A stretch of 51,796 nt of DNA, from positions 1-51,796 of the forward strand of contig JBARVU010000141.1 in NCBI GenBank assembly GCA_049646425.1, written 5' to 3'. The position numbers were made by a program, and so were the translations under genes. The notes under the pieces are model-generated. The model ran no database searches. It was given only the letters and a program-made list of their open reading frames with translations, and had not been told where the DNA came from. This stretch comes from Phormidesmis sp. (GTDB lineage: Bacteria; Cyanobacteriota; Cyanobacteriia; Phormidesmidales; Phormidesmidaceae). Shown here one piece after another: positions 49,101-51,796 of the stretch (the first letter of the stretch is position 1; every line of letters begins with the position of its first letter).

Positions 49101-50215
49101 TCAGCGCGATCGCCCCCAAACACCACCTGATTTTGCTCTAGGGCACTCCCCTCTATTGCTCTTACAATCGGGGGTTCAGCGCTGAGTCCTCCGGTTACCA
49201 GGAGCGTTGTTTCAGCCATCCCATAGCAGGGATAAAAAGCTTCCGAGCGAAAGCCTAATGGCTCAAAGGTAGCGGCAAATTGAGCCAGCGTTTCGGATCG
49301 GATCGGTTCGGCTCCGGTGAAAGCCACTTTCCACGTGCTTAGATCGATATTGTCGAGCTGATCTGGCTTGATTTTCTTAAGGCATAGGTCGTAGGCAAAG
49401 TTTGGGCCGCCGCTAGTGGTTGCCCCGTAATCAGAAATTGCTTGAAGCCATCTGAGCGGCTTTTGTAAAAATGCCACAGGCGACATCAGCAACACTGGGA
49501 ACCCGCCGTACAGAGGCTGTAGTACGCCCCCAATCAGGCCCATATCGTGATAGGGCGGTAGCCAAATCACCCCTCGGCTGTCTGCTGAGTGGTCAAACTT
49601 TTGATGAATTGTGGCTGAATTGTGCAATAAATTGCTATGACTGACCATCACCCCTTTGGGCGCTCCGGTCGATCCAGAAGTGTACTGCAAAAAAGCCAGG
49701 CTCTGGCCGTGCAGACTCAGGGGCTGCCATGATGCTTCTTCGCTTGGGATGCTATCCGTGGCCAGCACGCGAAGGGAAGCCAGCGTTGGTTCTGTAGAAA
49801 ATTGTTGTCCTAAAGTCTTGAGAAGGGCTTGCGTGGTTAGAGCAACGGTTGTTTGAGCGTCTGTGGCGATCGCCTGTAGCCGATACATTTTCTGGTTTCT
49901 CTTCGGCGGATAGGCAGGAACTGCCGTGACACCTGCATATAGGCACCCGTAAAAAGCAGCGACAAAGTCTAGATCTGAAGGATACAGCAGTAAAACTCTC
50001 TCACCGGGCTGGGTAATGCTCTGAAGCGAGGCGGCGATCACCCGGGCCCGTTGATCTAAGCTGCCATAGGACAGTGAGTTTGAGACTATCTTTTTATCTT
50101 CCCAAAAAAGATAAGCCTCTTGCTCAGCCTGATGCTGGGCTCGATGCCTGAGCAAATCTACAACAGTCAGGTCTTCGTGTTGGAGCGGGGGCGGCAGCTC
50201 TAGATAGACAGTCAT
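43157..50215 (-). CDS. Loading/extension protein: FAAL-ACP-KS-AT(malonyl)-KR(A-type)-ACP
   Basis: FAAL: LQYTSGSTGAPKGV, WLPPYHDMGLIG, GRLKDMIIIRGQNHYPQDIE, LPKTSSGK. ACP GLDSV; KS DTACSSS/HGTGT/GHLEAAAG; AT GHSVG/HAFH; KR with W (AVWGSSGQAHYAAAN) and no LDD; ACP GMDSLMAVEL. GGAG lies 7 nt before the ATG. Confidence 0.95.
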   Translation of the reverse strand: MTVYLELPPPLQHEDLTVVDLLRHRAQHQAEQEAYLFWEDKKIVSNSLSYGSLDQRARVIAASLQSITQPGERVLLLYPSDLDFVAAFYGCLYAGVTAVPAYPPKRNQKMYRLQAIATDAQTTVALTTQALLKTLGQQFSTEPTLASLRVLATDSIPSEEASWQPLSLHGQSLAFLQYTSGSTGAPKGVMVSHSNLLHNSATIHQKFDHSADSRGVIWLPPYHDMGLIGGVLQPLYGGFPVLLMSPVAFLQKPLRWLQAISDYGATTSGGPNFAYDLCLKKIKPDQLDNIDLSTWKVAFTGAEPIRSETLAQFAATFEPLGFRSEAFYPCYGMAETTLLVTGGLSAEPPIVRAIEGSALEQNQVVFGGDRAESSDLREIVSCGKSPSDQTIAVVHPESLARCADDTVGEIWVSGPSVAQGYWHQPEQTREIFQAYLSETGEGPFLRTGDLGFLHEGELFVTGRLKDMIIIRGQNHYPQDIELTVEQADPALRTGCGVAFSVEIDNREKLVIAQEVERSYLRKLDSNAVITAIRRAISDQHNLQTYAVLLLKTASLPKTSSGKVRRTACRDKFLSGSLDVVADWSVNPSKTTEFRDLESQIGSLLEQVKTGQVSSVPTKPALSQSNIDSPPPPLTAAVIADWLISKVAEQLEIHPTEIDSHQPLANYGLDSVVAINLSGELASWLGYSLSPTLLYDYPTIASLAQQLASAPAAVPLPVEAQVRSGAELPAETVEIAIIGLGCRFPGADSPEAFWQLLQTGVDAIQTVPASRWDTDHFYESTPASPGKMNTCWGGFLDQVDQFDPQFFGISAREAKQMDPQQRLLLEVSWEALEKAGQAPDQLAGSDTGVFMGISHSDYAQLQFNQLPQLSAYSGTGNALSIAANRLSYLLDFRGPSWSVDTACSSSLVAVHQACHSLRQGDCSMALAGGVNLVLTPQMTVTFSQARMMAPDGRCKTFDAEADGYVRGEGCGVVVLKRVDDAHRDGDPILAVIRGSAVNQDGRSNGLTAPNGPAQQAVIRQALENARVTPDQIGYVEAHGTGTSLGDPIEMNALKSVLVPGRSPEQRCWIGSVKTNLGHLEAAAGIAGLIKGVLSLQHEAIPAHLHFKQLNPYIELARTPLAIPTKEQPWPRTETARLAGISSFGFGGTNAHVVLAEAPAQSAASPTVERPQHCFTLSARSEPALRMLAERYETYLAAHPNSSLANVCFTANVGRSHFEHRLCSWVDTSEQLREQLQRVAKGQRSNRFIVGEVTQKSSPKIAFLFTGQGSQYIDMGRQLYETQPTFRNILQDCDQKLRPYLQHSLIDLLYPAMPGKAIDPMALEATAYTQPALFVLEYAIAQLLQSWGVVPDMVLGHSVGEYAAACVAGVFSLEDGLKLIAQRGRLMQDLPAGGKMAVVWAEPFQVEAILQADGLAVAIAAINGPNNTVISGSAEAVEAAVASLQTARMETQALAVSHAFHSPLMEPMVAAFARVAAEVSYHSPKIGFISSATGQATDDIATPDYWCQQIIQPVRFSAALRTLAEREPEAFIEIGPKPTLLSMGRQCLAAQAGLWLPTLSPQKADWSQLLKSLASLYTCGVTVDWRSFDQDYVRRRLPLPTYPFQRQRYWIDEAGTFSPDHTVSDPAASTIMTLIDKGDSAQLAAHLSQVSHFSDAQRALLPALSTLLVQQHRQQVKATAVEDWFYQLTWQTCDQTPVAPLGSAQSGHWLILADARGIGETLAQRLRAQGYTCTLVFPGETYTANADGTWVLNPACQEDFMRLFAAADLTAGVPLRGILHLWSLDAADPARLSPEALSQAQRQGCGSLLPLVQAVISAAVTSPRLWLMTQAAMPVTEPATDATPLAVAQTPLWGFGKVLSLEHPDLWGGLIDLPAVVCEEDIQRLIEEISSSADSPLSKEKLREDQLAFRQGQRYVARLTRRPLPASPPLSLNPEATYLITGGLGSLGLQVAQWMVAQGARCLVLLGRRGETAEARAAIAPMRQAGAQVEVIQADVASPTEMTYLFEHRLATLPPLKGVIHAAGVSSLNSITDMTLAQLETVLRPKLLGTWILHQLTQTLSLDFLVGFSSIAAVWGSSGQAHYAAANQFIDGLAHYRQAQGLPALSINWGLWATGMATSEDQKHLSRMGIHPLQPDQGVTALAKLLGALQDQTTGSATLTQTTVANVDWSLFKAMYNARGYRALLAAIDQADSPDEPYPVDAPPAQSDLLQQLIALPLEDRFEQLIAYLQSEVAAVLGLDSEQLPALHQGFFDMGMDSLMAVELKTRLEESLGCTLPATLAIESPNILSLSCAIWEQWLPPNVSNPGVSPQDERLQKNGHRTMGLEQTALIQVQQLPDDKLESLINDELAALLQ

Positions 50216-50511
50216 GAGAATACTCCGGCGATAGATTCCTGGGCAACCACAGATACATGAATTATTTGCTACTCAGATGGATTAAGGTCTTGACAACAGC
50301 TAAGACATCAGTTCGAACCTGGTCTTTCAGGCAAAGCGATGTTAAGGATCAATTTGATGGCCTGAGGCTATAGTCATTTGTACAACGGTTTTCAAGTCAC
50401 GATAATCCGTTAAAATTGTCATAGCTTGGAAGCTGGAAGAATTTCCCTAACCAAAAGGAGTGTGTTTGGGTTGCTCCGTCAGCGTTGTTGCTGGCGCTAC
50501 TCAATCAGAGA

Positions 50512-50551
50512 AAATCAAGTCAAGTTCGCTTGATTTAAGTTCTAACTTAAA
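50512..50551. promoter_or_regulatory. Two overlapping inverted repeats (candidate operators)
   Basis: AAATCAAG-N9-CTTGATTT (50512-50536) and perfect TTTAAGTT-CT-AACTTAAA (50534-50551). Function is inferred only. Confidence 0.4.
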
Positions 50552-50572
50552 GCTCTCACTCTAGGGAAGACC

Positions 50573-50617
50573 TGTAGGGTTCAGTGTAGGGTTCAGTACA
50601 GGGGTCAAGACGGTTCA
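50573..50617. repeat. 12-bp tandem/direct repeat array (GGTTCA core)
   Basis: TGTAGGGTTCAG x2, then TACAGGGGTCAA, then GGTTCA at 50612. Cores are spaced 12, 12 and 10 bp. Confidence 0.75.
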
Positions 50618-50963
50618 TTGCTTAAGGCTGGTGAGCTGAGAGCGCTGAACTATGGTCATCTTAGGTGGTCTCAAGCAGTGCAAAAATATGTGCAAAGTTC
50701 GTCAAAACCAAGTTTTATGAAAGTACCCTAAGGGGTGCTGCTACTTATTCATATAGCGCTATAAGATCTTTATTAATAGAGACTTAGCCGAAGATGAACC
50801 CATAATGCATGAGACTGTTAACACTATTGATTTTCAATTTTTGAGAGATTTTCAAACTCAGCTGTCAAAGAGGCTAATGCCGTCAGAACTTGCAGACAGG
50901 CCTTACTTGGAAAAGGCATCATAACTTGCTTGCTCAAGACAACGTTAATCGGGAATTAAAGAG

Positions 50964-51796
50964 ATGTCTTGTCGCGATTGTTCTTATAGAGTTTCTCTAG
51001 AAGGGTTAAAACTTATAGATCAATTCCGTCTACAAAAAGGCTGGAAGAAAATAGACAGTCAGTGGCTGAACAGTGCAAATGTCTCTAGATCGACGCTAAA
51101 GCGCTTCTGGAAGGGTCATCGTCTCCAACAAGACACCTTTACAGGTATTTGCAAGGCTGTTGGAATAGAAGATCATGGCTCTGTGGCTGACTCTCCTAAC
51201 GGTCTTCAACCTACGGAACAGGCTCAAAATCAGACTTTTTTCATAACAGATTCTCCTATTCATCGACCGCAGTTATTCTTCGGTAGACACGACGAGATCA
51301 GACATATCTTTCAGCTGCTGTCAGGTTATCCTCTGCAAAATGCTGCCATCATTGGCCAGCGTCGCAGTGGCAAGACTTCTTTATTAAAGCATCTAGTAGA
51401 GATTACCAAAGTGCCAGGCCAAGTGCTAAGACCCGATCAGCAGTCTGAGTGGATACCTCTCCCGACGCGATTCAATTGGATACTGGTTGACTTTCAGAAC
51501 GTTTATTACCACACCCTAGAGAATCTAATTCACTATTTGCTGGTCAAGATGGGTCTCCCTATCCATGGTGCACTCGAGCTCGAAGGCTGCATACAGCTCA
51601 TAAGTGAACAGCTGTCTGTACCTACGATTATCCTTCTCGATGAAATTGAAAGCGCTTTCCATCAACGGTCTGAACTAGATGACAGATTTTGGAACGGTCT
51701 TAGGTTTCTACAGCAGAACAATGGAAATCTGGCCTTCATCCTATCGAGTTCTACCGAACTTAAGCAATTTTCTCACAGGAACGTTGAGTCATCCTC
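50964..51796 (+). CDS. N-terminal Xre-like HTH + P-loop (STAND/AAA-like) ATPase, 3' end outside window
   Basis: My translation: MSCRDCSYRVSLEGLKLIDQFRLQKGW...NVSRSTLKRFWKG...FTGICKAVG...FFGRHDEI...IIGQRRSGKTSLL (Walker A)...IILLDEIE (Walker B). The frame is open to the window end, so it is absent from the ORF track. Confidence 0.82.
   Translation, partial: MSCRDCSYRVSLEGLKLIDQFRLQKGWKKIDSQWLNSANVSRSTLKRFWKGHRLQQDTFTGICKAVGIEDHGSVADSPNGLQPTEQAQNQTFFITDSPIHRPQLFFGRHDEIRHIFQLLSGYPLQNAAIIGQRRSGKTSLLKHLVEITKVPGQVLRPDQQSEWIPLPTRFNWILVDFQNVYYHTLENLIHYLLVKMGLPIHGALELEGCIQLISEQLSVPTIILLDEIESAFHQRSELDDRFWNGLRFLQQNNGNLAFILSSSTELKQFSHRNVESS

Larger units (their letters stand above)
4695..49873. repeat. 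Dispersed HIP1 octamer GCGATCGC (cyanobacterial signature)
   Basis: Many copies, e.g. 4695, 12580, 27333, 44283 and 49866; far more than expected for a random 8-mer. Confidence 0.85.
1..50215 (-). other. Hybrid FAAL-PKS-NRPS lipopeptide biosynthetic gene cluster (putative beta-hydroxyaspartate siderophore, cyanochelin-class); continues past left edge
   Basis: 13 consecutive minus-strand genes with gaps under 100 bp or 4-bp ATGA overlaps. Complete assembly line from FAAL loading to terminal TE, with three TauD-type hydroxylases and an MFS gene at the end. Confidence 0.93.
50216..50963. promoter_or_regulatory. Divergent intergenic/promoter region between the cluster and the HTH-ATPase gene
   Basis: 748-bp AT-richer gap between head-to-head starts, containing palindromes and direct repeats. 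Promoter elements were not mapped. Confidence 0.6.

Noticed and set aside
50573..50617. CRISPR-like array
   Set aside because: Units are 12 bp and contiguous, with no spacers and no cas genes.
50826..50856. Possible Fur box (ATTGA-N3-TCAAT; TTTGA-N7-TCAAA)
   Set aside because: Does not match the 7-1-7 geometry, lies about 600 bp from the cluster start, and such dyads are common in AT-rich DNA.
50805..50924. 39-aa ORF MHETVNTIDFQFLRDFQ... upstream of the HTH-ATPase
   Set aside because: Short, with no clear RBS or motif; cannot be supported.

Overview
About 50 kb of this window is one co-oriented (minus-strand) cyanobacterial hybrid FAAL/PKS/NRPS lipopeptide gene cluster; frequent HIP1 GCGATCGC sites support a cyanobacterial host. 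In transcription order: FAAL-ACP-KS-AT-KR-ACP; KS-AT-[DH N-half]; luciferase-like monooxygenase-[DH C-half]-KR-ACP; C-A(Ala)-T-C-A(Arg-containing pocket, probably side-chain-activated D-Asp/Glu)-T; McyF-like Asp/Glu racemase; C-TauD; Interface-A(Asn)-T-C-A(Gly)-T; KS-AT-KR-ACP; C-TauD; Interface-A(Asp)-T-E-C; stand-alone TauD; Interface-A(Asp)-T-TE; MFS exporter (cut by the left edge). A divergent HTH + P-loop ATPase gene runs off the right edge. The colinear prediction (inference) is polyhydroxy-acyl-Ala-(iso)D-Asx/Glx-betaOH-Asn-GABOB-D-betaOH-Asp-betaOH-Asp, most plausibly a cyanochelin-class beta-hydroxyaspartate siderophore. The most unusual features are a PKS module split through a catalytically degenerate dehydratase with a monooxygenase inserted at the split, three hydroxylase/interface pairs (one on an Asn module), and a microcystin-style racemase plus iso-peptide module. 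A-domain codes were read by eye against GrsA numbering. No database search was possible, so novelty is unverified.
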